The position numbers and the translations under genes were made by a program. 64,000 nucleotides of DNA, taken from positions 32,001 to 96,000 of the forward strand of contig JBGASG010000009.1 in NCBI GenBank assembly GCA_044229845.1. The letters are read 5' to 3'. A model generated the notes under the pieces. It made no database searches. It was not told where the DNA came from and was given only the letters and a program-made list of their open reading frames with translations. This document shows, in pieces, positions 39,299 to 49,307 of the stretch. The stretch's first letter is position 1. The number at the start of each line of letters is the position of its first letter. This DNA comes from Candidatus Obscuribacteraceae bacterium (GTDB lineage Bacteria; Cyanobacteriota; Vampirovibrionia; Obscuribacterales; Obscuribacteraceae).

Positions 39299-39482
39299 GG
39301 TGAAGCCTCGCCGCTTGAGAACCGGGTGGGCTGATTAAATTTGCACGTCGCTGATTGTAACTGGTACGTGAGCCGCACACGCTGGTAGGCTTGGGTCTTC
39401 ATCAATGACGCGACAAATCGAAGTTTTTCGCGTGTGTCGGGGAATAGAGAAACTGATGGCTCTGGAGTCGACGAATCGCACC

Positions 39483-40712
39483 ATGACTAATTTTTCCAAC
39501 AAAACGAATGGCAGACCGGGAGACGGTCGTCAAGGGAATGATCCAATGTCTCCGCCAGATGATGAGCCGGGCAATGGCGTCAAAACTCGGGCGGATGTGC
39601 CGGACTCTAGCAAGCACGAAGCTGACCAACTCGACCCCGCCACCAGAGCGCAGGCTATGGCGGCCGCTGCTGCTGCTGAGATTGCCGTACAGGGCGCAGC
39701 CATCGCCGACAATAAGAAACAGAAGGGCGGCGACCGCAAAAGTGCGACCAGAGATCCTGGTGATGCCAGGCTCAGTGATGGTGCCAGGCTTGCCGACAAC
39801 AATCGCGCCATCGCTGATAGTGACGATTCGTCAGCCAACAAGAAAGTTTCGATCAAGCGCTCTCTGCATAAACTGACAGAGGGAGACCTGCACCTGCTCA
39901 ACAGTTCACGCGGGTTGAAGGAGATGCTGCGCGAGAGAAACATCAAAGTCAAAGATGTCCTCGATGCCCTCAGGTATGAAGATGAGCTGGTGCTGCTGCA
40001 AATCGAACTGGTGAAGTTGCAACGCTGGCTCCAGCAACAGAACAAGCGTGTGATCATCTTATTTGAGGGACGCGACGCGGCGGGCAAGGGTGGAACGATT
40101 CGTCGCTTTACCGAGCACCTCAATCCCCGTTCGTTGCGAGTGGTGGCATTGCCGAAACCGACAGAAGAAGAGAGAGGTCAATGGTACTTCCAGCGATACT
40201 CTAAACAGTTGCCCAATGCTGGTGAAATCGTCTTTTTCGACCGCAGCTGGTACAACCGGGCGGTGGTTGAGCCGGTGATGAATTTCTCTACCAAGGTGGA
40301 ATACGATCGCTTCATGCAACAGGTGCCCGAATACGAGCACATGTTATATGAGGATGGTATCACGATCATCAAATTCTGGTTCTCCATTTCCAAAGATGAG
40401 CAGCAGCGTCGCTTCGAATCGCGAGCGCAAAATCCTTTGAAGCAGTGGAAGCTGAGCCCGATTGACAAAGAGGCGCAGCAACTCTGGGACAGGTACACGC
40501 AATTCAAGGAACAGATGTTCAGTCGCACGCACACATCTTTTGCGCCATGGATCATCGTGCGCGCCAACAATAAAAAGCGCGCCCGGCTGGAAAGCATCCG
40601 CTACGTGCTCAGCCTTTTCGATTATGCCGAAAAGGACAAGGGTAAAGTCAATCTTTTCCCGGACCCGAACGTTGTAGAAAGATTCAATCGTAACATCATC
40701 AAGCTCGACTGA
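39483..40712 (+). CDS. ppk2: Polyphosphate kinase 2 with low-complexity N-terminal extension (start uncertain, 39405-39546)
   Basis: FEGRDAAGKGG, QWYFQRY, FDRSWYNR and WKLSP.D motifs. Confidence 0.93.
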   Translation: MTNFSNKTNGRPGDGRQGNDPMSPPDDEPGNGVKTRADVPDSSKHEADQLDPATRAQAMAAAAAAEIAVQGAAIADNKKQKGGDRKSATRDPGDARLSDGARLADNNRAIADSDDSSANKKVSIKRSLHKLTEGDLHLLNSSRGLKEMLRERNIKVKDVLDALRYEDELVLLQIELVKLQRWLQQQNKRVIILFEGRDAAGKGGTIRRFTEHLNPRSLRVVALPKPTEEERGQWYFQRYSKQLPNAGEIVFFDRSWYNRAVVEPVMNFSTKVEYDRFMQQVPEYEHMLYEDGITIIKFWFSISKDEQQRRFESRAQNPLKQWKLSPIDKEAQQLWDRYTQFKEQMFSRTHTSFAPWIIVRANNKKRARLESIRYVLSLFDYAEKDKGKVNLFPDPNVVERFNRNIIKLD

Positions 40713-40728
40713 CGAATAACCCGCGCCG

Positions 40729-43700
40729 TTACTCCTCAATAGGTGCCAGCAGATATTTCAGATCGCGCTCTGTAAAGTGATTGGTCAGGGCACCAGTAGT
40801 AGTGCCCTTGTCATAAATGCCATCGGCAATCAGGCGTTTCTCTTCCTGGCGCTTAAGCATCTTTTCTTCGACAGTACCGGTGGTGATTAACCGATAGACG
40901 AACACCGGCTTATTCTGTCCGATGCGATGAGCGCGGTCGGTTGCCTGTTCTTCGACCGCCGGATTCCACCAGGGATCGTAGTGGATGACGGTATCGGCAG
41001 CAGTCAAGTTAAGACCTGTGCCACCGGCTTTGAGGCTGATCAAGAAAACGGGCGCTTTGCCGGCTTGAAACTGTTTCACTGGTGTTTTGCGGTCGGCAGT
41101 GCTGCCTCGCAGTTCCAGATATTTGATCTCCCTTGTTATCAGCTCCTCGGCAATCAAGTCGAGCATGCTGGTGAACTGAGAAAAGACGAGTACTCGTCGC
41201 CCTTCATCAACCAGTTGGGTGAGCATCTCCATCAGAACGGATAACTTTGCAGATTCGCCGACAGCTCGCGCTTCTTCGAGCTTTAACAGCCGCGGATCAC
41301 AGCACACCTGACGCAGCCGCATGAGTGCTTTCAGGATGACAATCTGACTGCGATTGATGCCTTTCTCTTCGACAACTTCGAGGACCCGTTTGTGCATGGC
41401 CAGTCGCACGGTTTCATACAGATCGCGCTGTCCGCCCTCCAGGGTAATGTTGCGGTGGATAACCGTCTTTGTGGGCAATTCTTCGCCGACTTCTGATTTG
41501 GTGCGGCGCAACAGGAACGGACGAATGCGAGCGGCGAGAAACGCCCGCATGTACGGGTCATTGAATTTTTCGATCGGCGTGCGAAAGACTCTGGTGAAGA
41601 TTTCGTGTGTGCTCAACAGCCCAGGCATCAGAAATGCGAATTGCGACCAGAGCTCGCCCAGATGATTCTGAACCGGAGTGCCGGTCATGCAGATGCGATG
41701 ATTCGCTTTCAGGCGCCGGCAGACGTCGGCAACTTGTGTCTGCCTGTTTTTGATCATCTGCGCTTCGTCCAGAATCACCATATGCCACTCGCGCAAAGTG
41801 AGCAGTGATGCATCGCGTTGCAATAATGGATAAGAGGTGAGAACAATATCTACGTCGTCGAGTTTGCTCTGGCGAGTAAATCGATCGTAATCTCGCAAAC
41901 ACACAACTCGCAGGTGCGGCACCATGCGTTGGGCTTCCTCAATCCAGTTGGGCAAAACACTGGTCGGGCAAACAACCAGGCAGGGGCGCTGCAGATGGTT
42001 GCTCTCATACTCCATCTGGATGTGCGCCAGTGCTTCGACAGTCTTGCCCAGCCCCATGTCGTCTGCAAGTATCCCGCCGATGTTATGCGAAGCGATAAAT
42101 TGCAGCCAGGCGACACCTTGTTTCTGGTAATCGCGAAGGGTGACGCCGAACTCATTCGGTGCGGCATGTGTTGGCCAATCGCTTCCTGCCTTCAACAATG
42201 AAGCGGCCAGAGCACGCAGGCGGTCACCGCCCTGGAAGGCGATCGGTTGTTCAGCTCCGAGCAACTGCACCAGTTGTCCGGCGCTAATCGGCATGCGTCC
42301 TTGGCGATTTACAGAACTTTCATCGAAAACTTCGATCAAAGTTTTGATCAGCGATTTGACGCGTGGAAACGGCAAAGAAAGTTTGGCGCCATCAGCCATG
42401 GTGACATAGAATCTGCCGCCCTGATTCATCGCCTCCAGAAAATTGTCGTCGATGACATCCATCGGTTCAAATCCGGCGCGGGCGTCGGACATATTATACG
42501 GAATGCTGCGCACCGCCTGCATAAGCAGCGGCAGCAACGAAACTTTTTCACCCCGGACATTGATGCCCAGGTCGACGCTGAACCATCCTTCTTCCTCGAC
42601 AATATCTCCTTGCCAGTCGTCATCATCTGGCATAACGACACGATCGTGAAAGGACTTGTCATAAATAATGTCCCAACCAAGCTTTTCGAGCCGCGGAATT
42701 TCCAGGGCAACAAAATCAGTCAGTTGACGCAACTGCGGCAGTATCAAGCAGAGCCCGTCATTTACGCGCGGGAAGTTGGCCATGGGCAGCTGCAATTCTT
42801 CGGTGAGCATCGAACTGAGCTCTCGCTCTGCTTTCAGGTTGCGGCGGTAAACGACGGTGCGCGAGGCACCGTTGATGGTGACATGGTTGCCGCTGTCTGT
42901 GGGATTGCAGCGCTTGTTGCCGTACTTCACCCAGTGAAAGGCGTAAGCTGCATCTTTCTGCACGCCGTTGTCGAATTTTGTGAGAAACAATACCGGCGTC
43001 GGCACCGCTTCTCTATGTTCGATGACGACCTGTTCTGACGGCAGCGGAATTTCCAGATCGGGCAATCGCTTTTGCAACAAATCGCGGGTGTATTTGGCTT
43101 GTTCTACATCCAGGCGCGGTCCAAACAAGATAGGTTCAACTAGATCTGCAGGGAAAGGCAATGTCAATCGCCCGGCGCAGCCGGTTTTTTCATCCACATA
43201 CCAGGGGCTGGGCGCCAGCAAGACTTGCGCTTCGTGCGTGGTGACGGTGGTGCGCTGGCGACCTTGCTCGTCGACTGCCCACACCAGTTCGCCCGGGCGG
43301 GCGTCACCCAGTGTGAGCGGCAACCCGTCTTTGGTGCGCCAGAAACAGCGCCCGGTCTTAATGACCGAGTTCAGCAAGAGGTCGATTAGTTCGGGTTCAG
43401 CTGTTTCAAATGAATAGTCCAGCCAGTATCCGGAGCGCATGCTGCCCAGAAGTGCGCCAATCATGCGGTCGGCGGCATCGAGAAAGCCGGCGCGACCGGT
43501 GGTCAAATCGTAGCGTTCTTCGCGTCCATATCCGCCGGCTTTCAGCTTGCTGGCGGCGATGGTTTCCAGTCTTAGATACGGTTTTTCGGCGGAGCCGGTG
43601 GTCACCAGATAGAGCAAAGTCTTGCTGTCTTTGAGCTTCTCTTTGCGGGTTACCGTCTCGTTGATCTTACAGAGGTCGGAAACCCATCCATCTATAAGAG

Positions 43701-44160
43701 GATGCACTTTGGCGGGTTGCTCTTGATCCGGAGGCGCGATTTCGCTGGGGGCAATTTCCTCGATGTCATCTTCGTCTTCGCCGGTGCGCTCGCGCAGCAC
43801 GTGATACAGCAGTGCTGCGCCGTGTTTGCAGGTGGTGCCGACCGGGCATTCGCAGCGGCAGTCGACGATGGAATTGGGGCGCCCGCCAGGCTTAATTTGC
43901 ACATAGGTGTCGTACTTGGTCGTGCCCTGCACGAGCCCGGATATGGCGCTCCAGTCGTCATTTATCGCGTATTCGAGAACTCTGAAGCCACGCGCGTAAT
44001 CAAAACCACGCTTCGCTGAGGCGACGCCGAAAAAATCTTCAATCTGCCAATCGGCGAAGGGGGAGCACTTCCGACACTGGCAACGACCATCCGGACACTC
44101 CAGATTGCGGGAGCGATTCTTCGGGGAATGGCTATTTCTTGGAGGTTTTATCTTTGCCAT
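40729..44160 (-). CDS. SWIM zinc finger SNF2-family helicase/ATPase
   Basis: CECPVGTTCKH, LADDMGLGKT, DEAQ, TGTP, FSQF and QATDRAHRIGQ motifs. Confidence 0.95.
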   Translation of the reverse strand: MAKIKPPRNSHSPKNRSRNLECPDGRCQCRKCSPFADWQIEDFFGVASAKRGFDYARGFRVLEYAINDDWSAISGLVQGTTKYDTYVQIKPGGRPNSIVDCRCECPVGTTCKHGAALLYHVLRERTGEDEDDIEEIAPSEIAPPDQEQPAKVHPLIDGWVSDLCKINETVTRKEKLKDSKTLLYLVTTGSAEKPYLRLETIAASKLKAGGYGREERYDLTTGRAGFLDAADRMIGALLGSMRSGYWLDYSFETAEPELIDLLLNSVIKTGRCFWRTKDGLPLTLGDARPGELVWAVDEQGRQRTTVTTHEAQVLLAPSPWYVDEKTGCAGRLTLPFPADLVEPILFGPRLDVEQAKYTRDLLQKRLPDLEIPLPSEQVVIEHREAVPTPVLFLTKFDNGVQKDAAYAFHWVKYGNKRCNPTDSGNHVTINGASRTVVYRRNLKAERELSSMLTEELQLPMANFPRVNDGLCLILPQLRQLTDFVALEIPRLEKLGWDIIYDKSFHDRVVMPDDDDWQGDIVEEEGWFSVDLGINVRGEKVSLLPLLMQAVRSIPYNMSDARAGFEPMDVIDDNFLEAMNQGGRFYVTMADGAKLSLPFPRVKSLIKTLIEVFDESSVNRQGRMPISAGQLVQLLGAEQPIAFQGGDRLRALAASLLKAGSDWPTHAAPNEFGVTLRDYQKQGVAWLQFIASHNIGGILADDMGLGKTVEALAHIQMEYESNHLQRPCLVVCPTSVLPNWIEEAQRMVPHLRVVCLRDYDRFTRQSKLDDVDIVLTSYPLLQRDASLLTLREWHMVILDEAQMIKNRQTQVADVCRRLKANHRICMTGTPVQNHLGELWSQFAFLMPGLLSTHEIFTRVFRTPIEKFNDPYMRAFLAARIRPFLLRRTKSEVGEELPTKTVIHRNITLEGGQRDLYETVRLAMHKRVLEVVEEKGINRSQIVILKALMRLRQVCCDPRLLKLEEARAVGESAKLSVLMEMLTQLVDEGRRVLVFSQFTSMLDLIAEELITREIKYLELRGSTADRKTPVKQFQAGKAPVFLISLKAGGTGLNLTAADTVIHYDPWWNPAVEEQATDRAHRIGQNKPVFVYRLITTGTVEEKMLKRQEEKRLIADGIYDKGTTTGALTNHFTERDLKYLLAPIEE

Positions 44161-44274
44161 GGGCGATACACAGCGGGGCTGGTTGTAGATTGTACCGTCG
44201 ACATGCTGCTAAGTGCCAAGAAACGAAACTTATACTTGACTTGCCATCAGCCCAACCTCCGTGCTACTTTTCGC

Positions 44275-44370
44275 ATGTCAGAGAAAAAACGCGTGGAGTC
44301 GCGCCTGTCAGTGATCGTTGGATTTAATCATCATCACCACCATCACCTGGTCCTCAACGGAGCGGACTGA
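44275..44370 (+). CDS. hisL: Histidine operon leader peptide (start ATG 44275 or GTG 44311)
   Basis: Six consecutive His codons at 44329-44346 (..VIVGFNHHHHHHLVLNGAD*), directly upstream of hisG. Confidence 0.88.
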   Translation: MSEKKRVESRLSVIVGFNHHHHHHLVLNGAD

Positions 44371-44435
44371 CAGACAGCCACGTATTCATTTTCTTGCTAA
44401 CTGTCTTCAAGCCCGCCCATAAAGCGGGTCTTTTT
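44360..44435 (+). promoter_or_regulatory. Transcription attenuator (antiterminator and terminator)
   Basis: Terminator GCCCGC-CCATAAA-GCGGGT-CTTTTT at 44411-44435. GAGCGGACTGACAGACAG can pair imperfectly with CTGTCTTCAAGCCCGC as an antiterminator. Confidence 0.8.
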
Positions 44436-44457
44436 GTGTTTCCACAGGAATTTATCC

Positions 44458-45387
44458 ATGTCTAGCAATCAGAAATTGACGAATTCGCCTTCCGCACAAG
44501 AGCAGGCATCAGCCGACAACGGCGCCGCGGCGCTGCGACTGACCATTCCCACCGGACGCATTCAGGAGAAAGTGCTCGGGTTGCTGGATGCAATCGGCGT
44601 CAAAATGGCCAAGGACGGCAGATCTTACAAGCCGACGTGTTCTGAGAACGGCATTGAAATAAAGATGCTGAAAGCTCAGAACATCCCCAATCTGGTGGCG
44701 CTCGGACGACATGATTGCGGGTTTTCCGGCTACGACTGGATCACTGAGCAGCGCGCCGATGTGGTCGAACTTCTCGACCTGGAATTCGACCCCGTGCGCA
44801 TAGTTGCTGCTGTGCCCGAATATCTGGCGGAGAACGACCTGTATAAAACGATCGATCGCCAACTGGTTGTGGCCTCGGAATATCGGCAGCTTTCCACCGA
44901 TTTCATCGCTCGCAATAAACTGAACGCCGTGTTCTTGCAGACTTTCGGTGCCACCGAAGCGTTGCCGCCGGAAGATGCGGATATCATCGTCGACAATACC
45001 GCCACCGGTACCACGCTGCGTCACAACCGCCTGGTAGAAATCGAAGTGTTGATGCGGTCGACCACCAGGTTCATTTGCAATCGCGAGGCTTACGAGAACA
45101 AAGAAAAACGCCGCAAGCTCGATGAGCTGACGATGCTCATGCAGGCTTCTTTGCGCGCGCGCGACAAGGTCTTGCTGGAAATGAACGTCGCTCGTGAAGA
45201 CTTCGAGCGTCTGGTGGGAGACTTGCCCTGTATGCGGGCACCGACAATTTCCGAACTGTACAACGGTGACGGCTACGCCGTCAAAATCGCCGTTTCGTCC
45301 AGAGATGTTCCGACTCTGATACCAAAACTGGTGGCACTGGGGGCGCGGGACATTCTCGAATACAAACTGCAGAAGATTGTGATTTAA
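44458..45387 (+). CDS. hisG: ATP phosphoribosyltransferase, long form
   Basis: IP.GRI, D.GFSG.DW..E, GATEA.PP..AD.IVD...TG.TL..N.L motifs and C-terminal regulatory domain ending GARDIL. Confidence 0.93.
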   Translation: MSSNQKLTNSPSAQEQASADNGAAALRLTIPTGRIQEKVLGLLDAIGVKMAKDGRSYKPTCSENGIEIKMLKAQNIPNLVALGRHDCGFSGYDWITEQRADVVELLDLEFDPVRIVAAVPEYLAENDLYKTIDRQLVVASEYRQLSTDFIARNKLNAVFLQTFGATEALPPEDADIIVDNTATGTTLRHNRLVEIEVLMRSTTRFICNREAYENKEKRRKLDELTMLMQASLRARDKVLLEMNVAREDFERLVGDLPCMRAPTISELYNGDGYAVKIAVSSRDVPTLIPKLVALGARDILEYKLQKIVI

Positions 45388-45408
45388 CTGAAGGCACCCG
45401 GGAAGTCG

Positions 45409-46047
45409 ATGAATATTTCGCCCGCGATACCATCCAGAGCACAAGCTGCCGCTTGCGAAGTCGACCTGGTCGATGTAGGCGGTGGCAACATCGGCAGCGT
45501 GCGCCGCTGCCTGCACAGGCTGGGTATCACCTATCGCGATGTCGGTGCCGATAATCTACCGGGCGGCTCGCGTCCATTGATCTTGCCTGGGGTCGGTGCA
45601 TTCGGCACCGTTATGGACAGCTTGCGAAGAAACGGTTTGGACGAAAGCATAAAAAATTTGGTGGCCAAGGGTACACCACTGCTGGGTGTTTGCGTCGGAA
45701 TGCAGGTTCTGTTCGACAGCAGCGAAGAAGCACCGGGCGTGCCGGGACTGTCGCTGGTGCCAGGGAAAGTGGTGCGCTTCGTGGCTGACAAAGTGCCGCA
45801 GATCGGGTGGAATCATATCGATGCGAAGCAGTCAGGCTGGGAAGGCGGCTATGTCTATTTTGTCAACTCTTTCTATGCACAACCCGAAAACGATAACGTG
45901 GTGCTATACCAGGCGCAGTATGGCGACACGGAATTCTGTGCCGCGCTGCGGACTGGAAACATAACCGCCTTTCAGTTTCATCCTGAAAAAAGTAGTGCCT
46001 TTGGTGCCAGTTTGCTTGCGAGGTGGATAGCCAGTGTCACTCTGTAA
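45409..46047 (+). CDS. hisH: IGP synthase glutaminase subunit
   Basis: [24 protein letters not shown] and QFHPEKS motifs. Confidence 0.95.
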   Translation: MNISPAIPSRAQAAACEVDLVDVGGGNIGSVRRCLHRLGITYRDVGADNLPGGSRPLILPGVGAFGTVMDSLRRNGLDESIKNLVAKGTPLLGVCVGMQVLFDSSEEAPGVPGLSLVPGKVVRFVADKVPQIGWNHIDAKQSGWEGGYVYFVNSFYAQPENDNVVLYQAQYGDTEFCAALRTGNITAFQFHPEKSSAFGASLLARWIASVTL

Positions 46048-46798
46048 GCGCATCATTCCCTGCCTTGACGTAGCCAACGGCATGACCGTGAAAGGTGTGA
46101 AGTTCACCAATCTGCGAACCATCGGCGACCCCGTCGAACTGGGCTTGATCTACGAAGAACAAGGCGCCGACGAACTGACGTTTCTCGACATATCTGCATC
46201 GTCCGAAGAGCGAGCGACCGTCGTCGAGCTGGTCGAGCGCGTCGCCGACAATCTCTCGATTCCATTTACAGTCGGCGGCGGCATCACCACAGCCGCTGAT
46301 GCGAAAAAACTTTTGAGCAGTGGTGCCGACAAGGTTTCGATCAACACTGCGGCGGTGCAGCGGCCGGAACTGATCGGCGAGATTTCCTCTGCCTGGGGCT
46401 CGCAGTGCTGCGTGGTGGCAATCGATGCACGGGCTGCGGCGTCTCCCGGCACGTGGGAAGTACTGATCAAGGGCGGTCGCGTGGCGACCGGACGTGATGC
46501 TTTCCAGTGGGCTCAGGAATGTGTTGAGCGCGGCGCCGGCGAGATACTTCTGACGTCGTGGGATCGTGACGGCACCTTATCTGGTTTCGACCTGGAGATG
46601 GTGCGCACCTTCGCGCGCAATCTGCCGGTGCCGGTGATTGCGTCGGGCGGTGCTCGCGACCCGGAGAGTTTCGTCGACGTGTTCAAGGAAGCCAGCGCTG
46701 ATGCCGCCCTGGCAGCAAGTATTTTTCACGATGGCACCTACACCATCGCTCAGGTCAAAGAGCGTTTGCGCGCAGCAGGAGTACCAGCAAGGCTATGA
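46034..46798 (+). CDS. hisF: IGP synthase cyclase subunit
   Basis: [45 protein letters not shown] and ASGG motifs. Confidence 0.97.
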   Translation: MSLCKRIIPCLDVANGMTVKGVKFTNLRTIGDPVELGLIYEEQGADELTFLDISASSEERATVVELVERVADNLSIPFTVGGGITTAADAKKLLSSGADKVSINTAAVQRPELIGEISSAWGSQCCVVAIDARAAASPGTWEVLIKGGRVATGRDAFQWAQECVERGAGEILLTSWDRDGTLSGFDLEMVRTFARNLPVPVIASGGARDPESFVDVFKEASADAALAASIFHDGTYTIAQVKERLRAAGVPARL

Positions 46799-48036
46799 TT
46801 GTTCCCAGCATCGATATTATCGGCGGAAAAGCGGTGCAACTTCGCCAGGGCAAGGAGTTTGTCCTGGAGAGCGAGCGCGATCCGGTAGACCTGGCCCGTG
46901 AATTCAATCGATACGGTGAAGTGGCGGTGATCGATCTTGATTCCGCCATGGGCAAAGGCAACAATCGCGAATTGATTGAGCGCATTTGCAAAGTTGCCGA
47001 TGTCCGAGTCGGTGGCGGCATCCGCGATGTAGAAACGGGACGCGCATTGCTGCGTGCCGGGGCCAAGTCACTGATTGTCGGAACCAAAGCTACTCCCGAG
47101 TTTCTCAGCCAGTTTCCTGCAGACCGCATTATTGTGGCGCTCGATCATGTCAACGAAGAAGTTGTCGATAAGGGATGGACCAATTCTACCGGTGAATCGA
47201 TTTGGGATCGGGCCGGCAGGCTGGAACCATATTGCAGTGGGTTTCTGGTCACGTTTGTGGAAGCAGAGGGTGGATTGGGTGGACTGCCCGCCTCAGCAGC
47301 AGCAAGCCTCCTGGAGAAACTGAAAAGGCATGTCACCGTTGCCGGTGGCATCGCTTCCACGACGGAAGTAGCCGATATCTCGGCGCTGGGTGCAGACGTG
47401 CAGGTGGGCATGGCCCTATATAAAGGATTAGTCGATCCGGTCGAGGCGGTCGTGCAGAGTGTCAACTTCGACACCAACGGCACCGGTGTCGTGCCCACGG
47501 TCGTTCAGGACATGAACGGACAGGTTTTGATGCTGGCATATAGCTCACCGGAGTCGTTGCGGCGAGCACTTAAAGAGGGCAAGGGCATCTATTACAGCCG
47601 TTCTCGCCAGGAGATATGGGAGAAGGGATTGACTTCGGGTGCGACGCAGCAGCTGGTTTCTTGCCGGGTAGATTGCGATCGCGACAGTCTCCTGTTCCGC
47701 ATCGAGCAAACCGAGGGCGCCTGCCACCGGGGTTCCTACAGCTGCTTCGGGCAAGCAACGGCTGCCAGGCAGTTCTCCGTCGGACAGTTGTTCAGCATTC
47801 TGCAGCAGCGGAAGCAGGAGATGCCGGAAGGTTCTTATTCGGCAACGCTATTTAAAGACCGGCGTAAGTTGCTGAAGAAACTGATGGAAGAAGCGCACGA
47901 GGTCTGCACCTTCGAGTCTACCGAAAATTTGCGCTGGGAGATTGCCGATTTGATCTACTTCGCCAGTTTGCTGGCAGTGGATGAAGGTGTGTCGTGGGCT
48001 GACATCGAATGCGAACTGGGAGGTCGTGCCAAGTGA
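46795..48036 (+). CDS. hisAIE: Trifunctional HisA-HisI-HisE fusion
   Basis: HisA (PSID..GGKAVQL.QG, IDLD.A, VGGGIR), HisI (YSRSR..W.KG.TSG, DCDRD, ACH.G..SCF) and HisE (GSY, KK..EEA.E, EIADL.Y) in one 413-aa ORF. Confidence 0.92.
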   Translation: MIVPSIDIIGGKAVQLRQGKEFVLESERDPVDLAREFNRYGEVAVIDLDSAMGKGNNRELIERICKVADVRVGGGIRDVETGRALLRAGAKSLIVGTKATPEFLSQFPADRIIVALDHVNEEVVDKGWTNSTGESIWDRAGRLEPYCSGFLVTFVEAEGGLGGLPASAAASLLEKLKRHVTVAGGIASTTEVADISALGADVQVGMALYKGLVDPVEAVVQSVNFDTNGTGVVPTVVQDMNGQVLMLAYSSPESLRRALKEGKGIYYSRSRQEIWEKGLTSGATQQLVSCRVDCDRDSLLFRIEQTEGACHRGSYSCFGQATAARQFSVGQLFSILQQRKQEMPEGSYSATLFKDRRKLLKKLMEEAHEVCTFESTENLRWEIADLIYFASLLAVDEGVSWADIECELGGRAK

Positions 48037-49307
48037 CGCAAATGAGCAGATCTGTATTCGAACGAGTCGAGGGCGAGTCGGATGTCTCCGATATCGCCAA
48101 GCGAGTGGCTCAGATTTCCGTCTCTGCCATCAAGCAAATGCCGGTGCTGGCCGCCAGGGTCGGCGGGTGCGTATCGCTGGGGCAGGGCATCCCGTCTTTG
48201 AATACGCCGGAGTTTATTCGCCGCGCCGTCATCGAAGAGCTGCAAAATCCGTCGACAGCGATCGGCAAGTATTCTATTCAGCCAGGTTTGCCGGAGTTGA
48301 AACAAGAAATCGCCCGCGACTTGAAGCGAACTCGCGGTGTGGCGAATGTGGACCACGAGAAGGAGATATTTGTCAGTTGTGGTGGCATGGAGGCGCTCGC
48401 CGCCGGCATCGCTACCATTGTGGAACGTGACGATGAGGTGATTTTGCCGTCGCCCACCTACGCTTCCCATATTGAACAAGTGCTCTTTGCTGAAGGCGTA
48501 CCGCGATTCGTACCTCTGGTTGAAGATCAGGGATGGAAACTGGACATTGAGGCAATCAGAAAAGCAGTCTCGAAGAAAACCAAAGCGATCATTCTCTGCA
48601 ATCCGGTCAACCCGACAGGCACCGTATTCAGTGAGAGCGAATTGAACGAAGTCGCCAAGATCGTGTTGGAGAACGATTTGTTTCTTATCCTCGATGAAGC
48701 CTACGATTTCCTGGTCTACGACGGTCTGCCGTTCTACAGTTTGATGTCGCGCGTCGATCTGAAGGAGAATGTCATCGCTGTCTGCAGTTTCTCCAAGCGG
48801 TATTGCATGACCGGCTGGCGAGTCGGTTTCATGTACGCTCCAGAGCGCATTATTCGTCAGGTCTTGAAAGTGCATGATGCGTTTGCCATCTGTGCTCCGA
48901 CGATATCGCAGTTCGCTGCTCTGGCGGCGCTACGTGCCACCAATGGCGTCGACGGCGAAGGAGACCGCAGCGTTCAGCAACTTGTCGATGCGCTCGGGCG
49001 CAGACGAGACCTGGTGTGTTCGCGACTGGAACGGCTGACCGAAATCTTTTCCTATGTCAAACCGGTGGGCGGATACTACGTCTTCCCCCGGTTCAATGCG
49101 GCGGTGAAGGCAGCTTCCTCCGATTTAGAGTCTTCCATTGATTTCACGCTGCGCATATTGAATGAAGCAAAAGTGATCACCATTCCGGGGAGTGCATTTG
49201 GACCCACCGGCGAGAATCATATACGAATGTCTTTCGGTGCCGACGAAGCCGAGCTGACTGAAGCCTTTGACCGACTCGATACTTACTTTGCAGGGAGAAA
49301 ATCATGA
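48033..49307 (+). CDS. PLP-dependent class I/II aminotransferase, AspC-like, in the position of hisC
   Basis: SLGQGIP, NPVNPTG, DEAY and SFSKRYCMTGWRVG motifs; GTG start overlaps the hisAIE stop. Confidence 0.9.
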   Translation: MTQMSRSVFERVEGESDVSDIAKRVAQISVSAIKQMPVLAARVGGCVSLGQGIPSLNTPEFIRRAVIEELQNPSTAIGKYSIQPGLPELKQEIARDLKRTRGVANVDHEKEIFVSCGGMEALAAGIATIVERDDEVILPSPTYASHIEQVLFAEGVPRFVPLVEDQGWKLDIEAIRKAVSKKTKAIILCNPVNPTGTVFSESELNEVAKIVLENDLFLILDEAYDFLVYDGLPFYSLMSRVDLKENVIAVCSFSKRYCMTGWRVGFMYAPERIIRQVLKVHDAFAICAPTISQFAALAALRATNGVDGEGDRSVQQLVDALGRRRDLVCSRLERLTEIFSYVKPVGGYYVFPRFNAAVKAASSDLESSIDFTLRILNEAKVITIPGSAFGPTGENHIRMSFGADEAELTEAFDRLDTYFAGRKS

